From the NCBI GenBank assembly GCA_045597865.1, contig JAZLKX010000037.1:1-64000 (forward strand): a DNA stretch of 64,000 nt. Reading direction: 5' to 3'. The first letter of the stretch is position 1. Each line of letters starts with the position of its first letter. The notes under the pieces were generated by a model. That model was not told where the DNA came from. It ran no database searches and worked only from the letters and a program-made list of their open reading frames with translations. Origin of the DNA: Bacilli bacterium (lineage in GTDB: Bacteria > Bacillota_I > Bacilli_A > RFN20 > CAG-826). Shown piece by piece: positions 48,282 to 56,342 of this stretch. The translations under genes and the position numbers were made by a program.

Positions 48282-50039
48282 ATGAAAAAACAAAATCGTT
48301 TAGGTGATTTAGTTAGGTCATTCAAGAAATATTACGTTCAATTTATTATTTCTGTAGTTTTATTACTTGCCTCAGTAATTTTCTCAATTCTTACTCCAGC
48401 AAAAATTAGAGAACTTACAAACTGTCTAAATCCAGGCAGTGGAGAAGGTATTTTCAATGTTGATTTTGGTAGAGTAACTTCGCTTGCTATAACTTTAGTT
48501 ATCTATATAGCAATTTCCTTCCTTTCTGCAGCTATTTCAGGTTACATTTTAAATACCATTATTCAGAAGTATTCAAGAGATACTAGACGAGACATTGTTA
48601 GCAAGATTAACAAGCTTCCTCTTAACTACTTTGATACAAAACAAATTGGTGACATTTTATCAGTTGTCACTAACGATGTTGATACACTCTCAACATCTCT
48701 TCAAAACTCTGTAAACATGCTTATTCAAGCATTTATCATGTTAGTTGGTGTTATTATTGCAATGTTTATTTCATGTTGGCAAATGGCAATTGCGGTTCTT
48801 TGCTCATTACCATTAATGCTTCTCGTTTTATTCCTTGCATTTAAGTTCGGTACACCAGAGTTTAATAAGACTCAAAAAGTACTTGGTGAAGTTAACTCAG
48901 TAGTTGAAGAAAACTTCTCTGGTCAAATTGTTGTTAAAGCATTTGGCGCTGAAGAAAGAAAGATTGCTGAATTCAAAGAAAGTAACGGAAATCTCGGCAA
49001 ATTCCTATTTAAATCACAAGTTTTAGGCGGAATTATCGAGCCATTTATGTCTTTAATTTCCTACCTTACTTATGCTGCAATTCTTATCATTGGTGGCGTT
49101 CTTTATATGAACGGCTCCATAGGAGATATCGGTGTTATTACAGGTTTCTTAGTCTACGTAGCATTGTTCCAACAACCACTTTCAGAATTAGGTCAAATTG
49201 GCTCAACAATTCAACTTGGTGTTGCAGCATGTAACCGCGTGTTTACATTCTTAGGTGAAGAAGAACTTCCAGATGAATCAAGTAAACCAGCTCAATTAGA
49301 TGTTGATCACATTGTCGGAAATGTTGAATTTCAAGATGTTTGCTTTGGTTATGACCCAAGTAAGCTTACAATCAAACACTTCTCACAAAAGATTCAACCA
49401 GGAATGAAAGTTGCTATTATTGGCCCAACCGGCGCTGGTAAAACAACACTTGTTAATTTGCTCATGCGTTTCTATGAAACGACAAGTGGAGATATCTTAG
49501 TGGATGGCAAGTCAATTCACGATATGCAACCAAGCGAATTAAGAAGAGTATTTGGTATGATTCTTCAAGAAACTTGGGTTATCAACGGAACTCTTAGAGA
49601 AAACATCGTTTATAACCTCAAAAATGTCTCGGAAGAAAGACTTAATGAAATTCTTGAAGAAACAAACCTCAAACACTTTGTTGAAACTCTTCCACAAGGT
49701 ATTGATACAGTAATTCAAAAAGAATCGGCGTTATCCGCAGGACAAAAACAACTTGTTACCATCGCTAGAGCAATGGCTGAAAATTCTCCAATGCTCATCT
49801 TAGATGAGGCAACAAGTAATGTTGATACTCGTACTGAAATTCTCATTCAAAATGCAATGGATTCACTAACTAAGGGAAGAACAAGTTTTGTTATTGCACA
49901 TAGACTTTCTACAATCAAAAACGCAGATCTTATCATTGTTATGAAAGATGGTAATGTTGTAGAAACAGGTAACCATGATACATTAATGAAACTTAAAGGG
50001 TTGTATTCTGAAATTTATAATTCACAATTTAATCAATAG
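48282..50039 (+). CDS. Heterodimeric ABC exporter subunit 2 (TM288-like)
   Basis: GPTGAGKT, LSAGQKQ, ILDEATS and IAHRLST. Confidence 0.92.
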   Translation: MKKQNRLGDLVRSFKKYYVQFIISVVLLLASVIFSILTPAKIRELTNCLNPGSGEGIFNVDFGRVTSLAITLVIYIAISFLSAAISGYILNTIIQKYSRDTRRDIVSKINKLPLNYFDTKQIGDILSVVTNDVDTLSTSLQNSVNMLIQAFIMLVGVIIAMFISCWQMAIAVLCSLPLMLLVLFLAFKFGTPEFNKTQKVLGEVNSVVEENFSGQIVVKAFGAEERKIAEFKESNGNLGKFLFKSQVLGGIIEPFMSLISYLTYAAILIIGGVLYMNGSIGDIGVITGFLVYVALFQQPLSELGQIGSTIQLGVAACNRVFTFLGEEELPDESSKPAQLDVDHIVGNVEFQDVCFGYDPSKLTIKHFSQKIQPGMKVAIIGPTGAGKTTLVNLLMRFYETTSGDILVDGKSIHDMQPSELRRVFGMILQETWVINGTLRENIVYNLKNVSEERLNEILEETNLKHFVETLPQGIDTVIQKESALSAGQKQLVTIARAMAENSPMLILDEATSNVDTRTEILIQNAMDSLTKGRTSFVIAHRLSTIKNADLIIVMKDGNVVETGNHDTLMKLKGLYSEIYNSQFNQ

Positions 50040-50048
50040 GAGAAAAAT

Positions 50049-50627
50049 ATGAAAAACAAATTATTGTTATTAGCCTCAGCATTCTTATTAACTGGATGTG
50101 GAGGCGGACTAAGTCTTCAAGAAGGACAAAAGTATACGTTTGGTAACAATGTTACCATAAGTGCTAATGAAGATGTTAAAACCAACTTCTTTAGTATGAT
50201 TCAAGAAATGAAGGGTTATGATAGGCTCGACAAAGGTAACAAATTTTACACTGTTACTGACGAAATTTCGCTGGGAAATTACTTTGTAAATGAATATAAG
50301 TCCTTAAATATTACCTATCACTTAAATGAGCCAAAAGATTTCTTCACCTTTTCATGGGAAACATCAACCTACAACATGCTTGGAGGATTGCATGCTGATG
50401 GAATTTTCTGTGATTATAACGGTGAAGGCTCATTTTATGAGAATCATCCAGTTTCATTATCAAATGAAAGTTATTCTTGTTCAGTAACAAATCATTTCTT
50501 AAAACTAACTCCAAAAGATGTTTCAGTTGAAATCACTGCAGTAATCAAAAGTTTCGATATTATTTCAGGTACATTTTCTGAAAAATCTAGGGCAGTTATA
50601 AACGTTACTGTACCGGTAACAAAATAA
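50049..50627 (+). CDS. Hypothetical lipoprotein
   Basis: Lipobox LLTGC; AGGAG SD. Confidence 0.75.
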   Translation: MKNKLLLLASAFLLTGCGGGLSLQEGQKYTFGNNVTISANEDVKTNFFSMIQEMKGYDRLDKGNKFYTVTDEISLGNYFVNEYKSLNITYHLNEPKDFFTFSWETSTYNMLGGLHADGIFCDYNGEGSFYENHPVSLSNESYSCSVTNHFLKLTPKDVSVEITAVIKSFDIISGTFSEKSRAVINVTVPVTK

Positions 50628-50636
50628 CCAAATTAT

Positions 50637-50659
50637 GCTCGGCATTGCCGAGCTTTTTT
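50637..50659 (+). terminator. Terminator
   Basis: GCTCGGC-att-GCCGAGC plus T-tract. Confidence 0.8.
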
Positions 50660-50762
50660 ATAATTAAGAGCTTTGCTCTTTAAAAATATGGTTGCGTATA
50701 CTTACGTGTGCATTTAAAATATATGCATACAATATTTGGGGTTAACCCAAAGGGGGAAAGAT

Positions 50763-52190
50763 ATGAAAATATCAGCAAAATTATTAGCATTGTTAATGCT
50801 TTTTGGCATGCCTCTTGCAGCATGTAATTCTGGCAATAACAGTGACAAACCAAAAGATCCTGATACCGATGATCGTGATGATATTGATGATGGCGATGAT
50901 GATTCAGGTAAAGATGATGACGATGACGACGATGAAGGCGGCGGAGGTTCTGGTGGTGGTACCGCACAACACAAAGGAACTCAATCAGATCCATACACTG
51001 TAAGTGACGCATACATTGTTTGGAGCGGTCTTAAAGCAAGAGAAGCAACCGGCGCTGTTTATGTAAAAGGAACAGTTACTGGTTCAGTCACTCAAAATAG
51101 CGATAATAAGAGAGTTCGTTTCTATCTTGAAGGATCACCAGAAAACCTTTATGTTTGTGATGCATTTGCTTCTGGAAAGACAGCACTCTCAGCATCTGCT
51201 CTTAAAGCTGGAGATGAAGTTCTTGTAACAGGATCTCTTAAAGCATTTGAAATGAGCGGTGAGCTTTCATTCGAAGTTTGTTACGATACAAACAAAAAAG
51301 CAAACTGTGAAGTTCTTACCATTAATGATAAAGCAACTGGCTCTGGCGGCGGCGGAGGCTCCGGCGAAGGCGGCGGAGGTGGCTCCGACGATGGCGGCGG
51401 TGGCGGAGGCGGCACTGTTGATCCAATTACAGGTGATGTAGTTTTTGATTATTCAGCAACATCTTCAATTTCCGGAACTTCAAACGGTGTTACTTATAAA
51501 GCCGAAAAAGCAGGCGCACAAAATGATCCAGTAGTTAATCCTACAAGCCACGATTTAAGAATCTATGCTAATGGTAAGTTAACTGTTTCTGCAAGTTCAA
51601 ATATGACTCAAATTGACTTTGCTATTTCAGCACAAGGCAAAAAACGTCAAGCAGAAATTTCTTGTTCAACTGGTAAGATGACATATGATCTTAGCAACTC
51701 ATTAGTTAGCTGGTCAGGAAACGCAAGCAGCGTTGTGTTTACAGTTGGCTCAAGTGCTACCTATGGTACTGAATCATCTAAAGCTGGTCAATTCTGCTTT
51801 ACATCAATGGCAATCGCTCTTGGTGAAGGCGGCGGAGGCGGCTCTGGTGAAGGCGGCGGAGGCGGAGGCCAAACCGTTGATGATGGTGAAGCATTCTTCA
51901 AAGAAGTTCTCGAAGTTGTGTTTGGTTATGAACCAGTCTTCGATGAAGATTATTGGGATGATGATGGATTATTTACCATTTTAGAATGCGATGATTTAAT
52001 TGCAGATATTGATGATTTATATAATGATTTATCAGCTCTTTATAGTTGTACAGAACCAGAAGATGAAGAAGGTTGGTATGGATTCTATTTAGATAGTGAT
52101 GATGGAAATTATTACATCGATATTTATTCCGGCGAAGATGAAACCGAAGGCAATTATATTGAAATGGACCTTTGGGAATTTGAAGAATAA
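50763..52190 (+). CDS. Modular lipoprotein with Asp/Gly linkers, a putative OB-fold-like domain and an acidic C-terminal domain
   Basis: Lipobox LAAC; three poly-Gly linkers; GTQSDPYTVSDA...VYVKGTV motif. ATG 50763 follows a GGGGG SD. Confidence 0.8.
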   Translation: MKISAKLLALLMLFGMPLAACNSGNNSDKPKDPDTDDRDDIDDGDDDSGKDDDDDDDEGGGGSGGGTAQHKGTQSDPYTVSDAYIVWSGLKAREATGAVYVKGTVTGSVTQNSDNKRVRFYLEGSPENLYVCDAFASGKTALSASALKAGDEVLVTGSLKAFEMSGELSFEVCYDTNKKANCEVLTINDKATGSGGGGGSGEGGGGGSDDGGGGGGGTVDPITGDVVFDYSATSSISGTSNGVTYKAEKAGAQNDPVVNPTSHDLRIYANGKLTVSASSNMTQIDFAISAQGKKRQAEISCSTGKMTYDLSNSLVSWSGNASSVVFTVGSSATYGTESSKAGQFCFTSMAIALGEGGGGGSGEGGGGGGQTVDDGEAFFKEVLEVVFGYEPVFDEDYWDDDGLFTILECDDLIADIDDLYNDLSALYSCTEPEDEEGWYGFYLDSDDGNYYIDIYSGEDETEGNYIEMDLWEFEE

Positions 52191-52208
52191 TTTCTAAATA
52201 AACAAATT

Positions 52209-52238
52209 AAAGCACTGCTTTGGCGGTGCTTTTTCTTT
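52209..52238 (+). terminator. Terminator
   Basis: AAAGCACTGC-tttg-GCGGTGCTTT plus T-tract. Confidence 0.8.
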
Positions 52239-52274
52239 ATTTAATTCTAATTATTGGATAAGATATAAATCGTT

Positions 52275-52373
52275 ATGAAAAGAAACGTAAAAAGAGCAAT
52301 TATCGCAAGCATTATAATTGTATGTATGCTTATTGGAGCGCTCGTTCCGATCTTATACGCAATCTTTAAGTAA
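52275..52373 (+). CDS. Small (32 aa) single-TM protein, not in the ORF track
   Basis: MKRNVKRAIIASIIIVCMLIGALVPILYAIFK*; basic N-terminus plus hydrophobic helix; isolated between two terminators. Confidence 0.65.
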   Translation: MKRNVKRAIIASIIIVCMLIGALVPILYAIFK

Positions 52374-52392
52374 TTTTCTCTAAAACTAAATG

Positions 52393-52415
52393 AGCGAGGA
52401 CAACCTCGCTTTTTA
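52393..52415 (+). terminator. Terminator after the 32-aa ORF
   Basis: AGCGAGG-acaa-CCTCGCT plus T-tract. Confidence 0.75.
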
Positions 52416-52556
52416 TATTAAAAAAATAATACATAGTATTAAAAACTATTTTTATCGAAATTGGCAAATTCACCAGAAATATATAATAGGAAGAATATTA
52501 CTTTATTTGAACTTGATTTTAAGTGATATATCCCCTAAAATGAAAGGAGAAAGGAA

Positions 52557-52805
52557 ATGCCAATTATATGTGAATTTTTGGGAATAAAAGTTTGTATGTA
52601 TTTTGCAAACTGTGAACACAACCCACCGCACGTTCATGTTTTTACTTCTGGTAACAAGGCTGAAATTGCAATTGATAGTGGCAAAATCATCAAAGGTGCA
52701 GTAGCAACAAATAAAGCAAATTTAGTTAAAGAATTTGTCTCGTGTTATAGAAATGAATTATTGGACATGTGGTACAAACAAGAAATACGAAAAATTAAAA
52801 AATGA
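52557..52805 (+). CDS. DUF4160 family protein (putative TA component)
   Basis: MPIICEFLGI.V.MY...EHNPPHVH motif; promoter TTGATT-17-TAAAAT at 52513-52541. Confidence 0.85.
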   Translation: MPIICEFLGIKVCMYFANCEHNPPHVHVFTSGNKAEIAIDSGKIIKGAVATNKANLVKEFVSCYRNELLDMWYKQEIRKIKK

Positions 52806-53269
52806 AAAATAACGAATTGATAGAGGGCGTCAAATTATATTTTGATGAAGGAACAACTTTACACGTTTTGTTTGAAAATGGAACAACAAAACAATATGAC
52901 ATGGAAGATGCTATCAAAGATATTCCTCAATTAAATCCATTAAGAAATAGAGACCTATTTTTGAAAGGAAAATTAGATTTAGGAGGAATTGTTTGGACAG
53001 ACGAAATTGATTATGATGTTCACTGTATATATAAGCTCGGAAAAGTTATTTCAAATGATGACGACCATAAAGAGTTATATTTACTTGGTTATAAAATTTG
53101 GCATATTAGAAATAAAAAACACCTTTCTCAACAGCAACTCGCAAAACTTTCTGGCGTTGATCAATCTGATATATCAAAGCTAGAAAGAGGAGAGCTTAAT
53201 CCTTCTATTTTACAAATTAAGAAAATTTCAAAAGCATTAAAAGTTGATTTAAAAATAACTTTGAAATAA
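52802..53269 (+). CDS. DUF2442-like domain fused to an XRE helix-turn-helix (putative antitoxin/regulator)
   Basis: LHVLFENG...YDM...GIVWTDEID, then LSQQQLAKLSGVDQSDISKLERGELNPS; ATGA overlap. Confidence 0.82.
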   Translation: MKNNELIEGVKLYFDEGTTLHVLFENGTTKQYDMEDAIKDIPQLNPLRNRDLFLKGKLDLGGIVWTDEIDYDVHCIYKLGKVISNDDDHKELYLLGYKIWHIRNKKHLSQQQLAKLSGVDQSDISKLERGELNPSILQIKKISKALKVDLKITLK

Positions 53270-53311
53270 AAGCGGTGTAAACTTAAGTTTCAAATGTGTT
53301 AGTATATAACT

Positions 53312-53878
53312 ATGGAAAACGAATTATTACTTAAACTTGAAAGAGCATCTAGAGATAGAGACTTCTTTATTTTAAATAAAGAGAGAATCTACAATTCTTA
53401 CGTATATTTAGATACATTAGTATCTAATTATATTGACATTTGTTGTCATATTTTTAAAACATTTAAAGTCAACAAAACATCTTATATTTATGGTTCAATT
53501 GCAACACTTGCACTTGGTATAGTTGTTTCAAAAGAGAAATTCTTTAATGGGGCTCTTGGAAGTAATCCAATTGAAAATCTTTCTAGAGATGTATTTCCTT
53601 TATTTGTAGAGGCATATAATACAACAACATTAGTGGAAGCAAAAACTCAAAGCCACATGGTTAAAGGTTATATTGAAGAATTTAGTAACGTTAATAAGAA
53701 ACTCGTAAACTACGTACCAGGAATGGTTGATTCTTACTTAACTAAAGAACTCCCTGATGTTGTTAAATCATATCTAAATCAAATTGTCCGTTATTGTGTT
53801 GATCATAAGTTAGACCAATTTTCTGAAAAGGATGTAATTGAAGAATTACTTCCATATCTAACTAACATCAACTTCTAA
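53312..53878 (+). CDS. Hypothetical soluble protein
   Basis: 188-aa ORF filling the gap; extended -10 element 6 nt before the ATG; no motif recognised. Confidence 0.7.
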   Translation: MENELLLKLERASRDRDFFILNKERIYNSYVYLDTLVSNYIDICCHIFKTFKVNKTSYIYGSIATLALGIVVSKEKFFNGALGSNPIENLSRDVFPLFVEAYNTTTLVEAKTQSHMVKGYIEEFSNVNKKLVNYVPGMVDSYLTKELPDVVKSYLNQIVRYCVDHKLDQFSEKDVIEELLPYLTNINF

Positions 53879-53920
53879 CTAGTATTGAAACTTAAAAGTA
53901 AATAAGTTAAGATAATTCTC

Positions 53921-53987
53921 GTTAGATTATTGACCTATCTAACAAAGCAGAAACTCTTCACCCTTTCAGAAGAATTTCTGCTTTTTT
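53921..53987 (+). ncRNA. Candidate ~67-nt small RNA
   Basis: TTGAAA-17-TAAGAT (53885-53913), 5' hairpin GTTAGAT/ATCTAAC, then terminator AAAGCAGAAA.../TTTCTGCTTT plus T-tract; no ORF. Confidence 0.4.
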
Positions 53988-54089
53988 GTTGTAAAAATAA
54001 AAATCGAGAAATTTTAACAAAAATACGGAAACGGGCGTATACGGTATGCGTAAATCGCTCAAAAATTAGTCCCAAACCACAAAATTTTC

Positions 54090-54139
54090 TTGACTGACTC
54101 GCGCGTTCTCCCGTATTATGTATACATATTTAGCGCGAG
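54090..54139 (+). promoter_or_regulatory. Putative promoter of the SPFH operon with a GC-rich inverted repeat
   Basis: TTGACT-18-TATTAT; CTCGCGC (54098-54104) and GCGCGAG (54133-54139) flank the -10 element. Confidence 0.55.
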
Positions 54140-54161
54140 GGCGCAGACTGGAGGAAAACAA

Positions 54162-55256
54162 ATGCATAATGACCTTTTGGATGTCATCAAATTTGAAGGT
54201 GACAACAATAATATCGTGCATCGTTCAGTCATTGAAGATTTCAATAGCAAGTCTCAATTGATTGTTAACGAATCTCAAGAAGCCATTTTCTATAAAGATG
54301 GCCAAGCGTTGGATTTGTTTGGTAGCGGACGTCACACCTTAACATCCGATAATTTACCACTCTTAAGAAAATTAGTTGGTTTATTATTTGGTGGTAAGAC
54401 ACCTTACACTTGTGAAGTCTACTTCATTAACAAAGTAAACGCTCTTGATGTAATGTGGGGCACTGATACTCCAATCCCACTAGAAGATCCAAAGTACAAA
54501 TTACTCATCAATGTTAGAAGTAATGGTACTATGGCATTCAAAATTGAAGACAGCCGTAGATTTGTAGTCAACGTTGTCGGTCAATTACATGACTTCTCAG
54601 TTGATGGAGTCAAAAGAGGAATTAAAGGCGCTATCTTAACCGTCATTAAAAACTCAATTGCAAAAGCAATCGCTGAACAAGGTATCTCAATTCTTGAAAT
54701 TAACGCCAAGATTATGGATATCGGAAACAGCTGCTTAGACTTAATCAACAAAGAAATTGCCTACTTAGGTATTAAACTCGAAAGATTCTACATCAATGCT
54801 ATTTCATGCACAGACGAAGATCTTGCAGCACTTAAAGAAGCAAAAGCAAAAGCTGCATCAATGCTTGTTGAAGCAGAAGCCAAAGCAGAAAGCAGAAGAA
54901 TCCAAGGTTTCGATTACAGAACTGAAAGACAATATGACGTTCTTGATAAGGCAGCATCTAACACAGGCCCAGCCGCAGGCACAATGATTGGCGCAGGCGT
55001 TGGATTAGGAGCAGGCTTAGGCGTAGGCGGTGCAGTCGGCGCAATCGCAAAAGATTCATTACAAAACGCTGCAACCCCAAGCGGAAGTGTTTGTCCAAAA
55101 TGTGGTGCAACAATTCCAGGTGGAGCAAAATTCTGCCCAGGATGTGGTGAAAAAGTTGAAGCAGTAGCAGGAGCAGCTTTCTGTCCACAATGTGGAGCAA
55201 AGCTTGCACCAGGTACTAAATTCTGCCCACAATGTGGTGCAAAGGTAGGTAACTAA
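54162..55256 (+). CDS. SPFH (band 7-like, YdjI-type) protein with a C-terminal double zinc ribbon
   Basis: SQLIVNESQEAIFYKDG...GRHTL...NLP...EVYFIN...WGT; GAGVGLGAGLG segment; four CPxC knuckles. ATG 54162 follows a GGAGG SD. Confidence 0.88.
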   Translation: MHNDLLDVIKFEGDNNNIVHRSVIEDFNSKSQLIVNESQEAIFYKDGQALDLFGSGRHTLTSDNLPLLRKLVGLLFGGKTPYTCEVYFINKVNALDVMWGTDTPIPLEDPKYKLLINVRSNGTMAFKIEDSRRFVVNVVGQLHDFSVDGVKRGIKGAILTVIKNSIAKAIAEQGISILEINAKIMDIGNSCLDLINKEIAYLGIKLERFYINAISCTDEDLAALKEAKAKAASMLVEAEAKAESRRIQGFDYRTERQYDVLDKAASNTGPAAGTMIGAGVGLGAGLGVGGAVGAIAKDSLQNAATPSGSVCPKCGATIPGGAKFCPGCGEKVEAVAGAAFCPQCGAKLAPGTKFCPQCGAKVGN

Positions 55257-55258
55257 TT

Positions 55259-55957
55259 ATGTTTAAGAAACTTAATGTACCTTTCATTGTATTTGAAGTT
55301 GCATTCTATGGAATCTTCTCAGCCTTGATTTTTACTCTCGGCAATAAAGAAGGCCACGGAAATACTTCATTTATCATTGCATACGTTATGATGGGTGTAT
55401 TTGCACTCACAAACATTCTTATTAACTTATTCTTAGCAAAGAAACATACTGGCGAAAATGCAATTACAGATTTTGGATTATTCTATCCAGCTGAACTTGT
55501 TGCATTATTCTTATCATTTGGAATGGCTATTAGATTCCATCTTTTCAAACCATCTGATAACAGACTCGCAACATTCTTATTCATTGCTTTAGCAATCGTT
55601 TATGTTGCATATTTCGTCATTATTTTCTTTATCGTCTTAAATCAAAAGAAAAATAGAGACGTTATCCGCAAGAAAGTTTTCTACATTCGTTCTTTAACTT
55701 CAGACATTGAATCATGCATCGAACTCGCTGAAGATTCTGTTTTAAAAGCAGCATTAGAGCAATTAAGAGATGATGTTAGATTTTCTGATCCAATGAGTGA
55801 TGCTCAATTACAAAGTCTTGATGATGAACTTGAACATAACGCAGGTGAATTAAGAGCTCTTGTAAAAGACAAGAAAGTCAATGAAGCAAACGAGAAAGTC
55901 GCAGACATGTCCCGCTTACTTAAAGAAAGAAACAGAAAATGCAAAATGCTCAAGTAA
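55259..55957 (+). CDS. Hypothetical 4-TM membrane protein with a helical cytoplasmic C-terminus
   Basis: Four hydrophobic helices, then VRFSDPMS...LLKERNRKCK. Confidence 0.8.
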   Translation: MFKKLNVPFIVFEVAFYGIFSALIFTLGNKEGHGNTSFIIAYVMMGVFALTNILINLFLAKKHTGENAITDFGLFYPAELVALFLSFGMAIRFHLFKPSDNRLATFLFIALAIVYVAYFVIIFFIVLNQKKNRDVIRKKVFYIRSLTSDIESCIELAEDSVLKAALEQLRDDVRFSDPMSDAQLQSLDDELEHNAGELRALVKDKKVNEANEKVADMSRLLKERNRKCKMLK

Positions 55958-56331
55958 GAGCAAAACGAGAAGTTAGAACAAAAGATTTATTTCTGTACTT
56001 CTACTTAAACATCATATTCTTCTTAGTTTCTATCGGAATTGATATCGCATTAATTCTTCTAATCAAACAAGAAGTATATATGATTGTCATTGAAGTGTTG
56101 TTTCCAATTGCGGTTGTTGTAGTAACAATCAAAAGATTTGCAATTGGCTGTGTACTTATGTACAAAGCATACGCTCCAATGAAAGTTAGGGAACGATGCA
56201 GGTTTGAACCCTCCTGCTCCACATACATGATTCTCGCAATTGAGAAATATGGTCTTATAAAAGGATTCATTAAAGGCATCAAGAGAATAAAAAGATGCAA
56301 GCCACCAAATGGTGGAGTTGACTATCCATAG
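55939..56331 (+). CDS. YidD-like (membrane protein insertion efficiency factor) domain with an N-terminal TM extension
   Basis: CRFEPSCSTY...AIEKYG..KG...GIKRIKRC.P..GGVDYP, preceded by two hydrophobic segments. Confidence 0.85.
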   Translation: MQNAQVRAKREVRTKDLFLYFYLNIIFFLVSIGIDIALILLIKQEVYMIVIEVLFPIAVVVVTIKRFAIGCVLMYKAYAPMKVRERCRFEPSCSTYMILAIEKYGLIKGFIKGIKRIKRCKPPNGGVDYP

Positions 56332-56342
56332 GAGGATAATTT

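Noticed and set aside
46483-50039. Non-canonical Walker B and switch residues as a sign of pseudogenisation
   Set aside because: This is the normal degenerate site of TM287/288-type heterodimeric exporters.
50680-51012. His/Arg-rich and Ser/Pro-rich minus-strand ORFs
   Set aside because: Antisense read-out of the poly-Asp/poly-Gly codons of the lipoprotein gene.
51340-51415. GGC/GGA runs as phase-variable microsatellites
   Set aside because: Degenerate in-frame Gly codons; a length change would not switch expression.
52390-52587. 65-aa ORF upstream of DUF4160
   Set aside because: It starts inside a terminator hairpin, spans the AT-rich promoter region and has no protein-like features.
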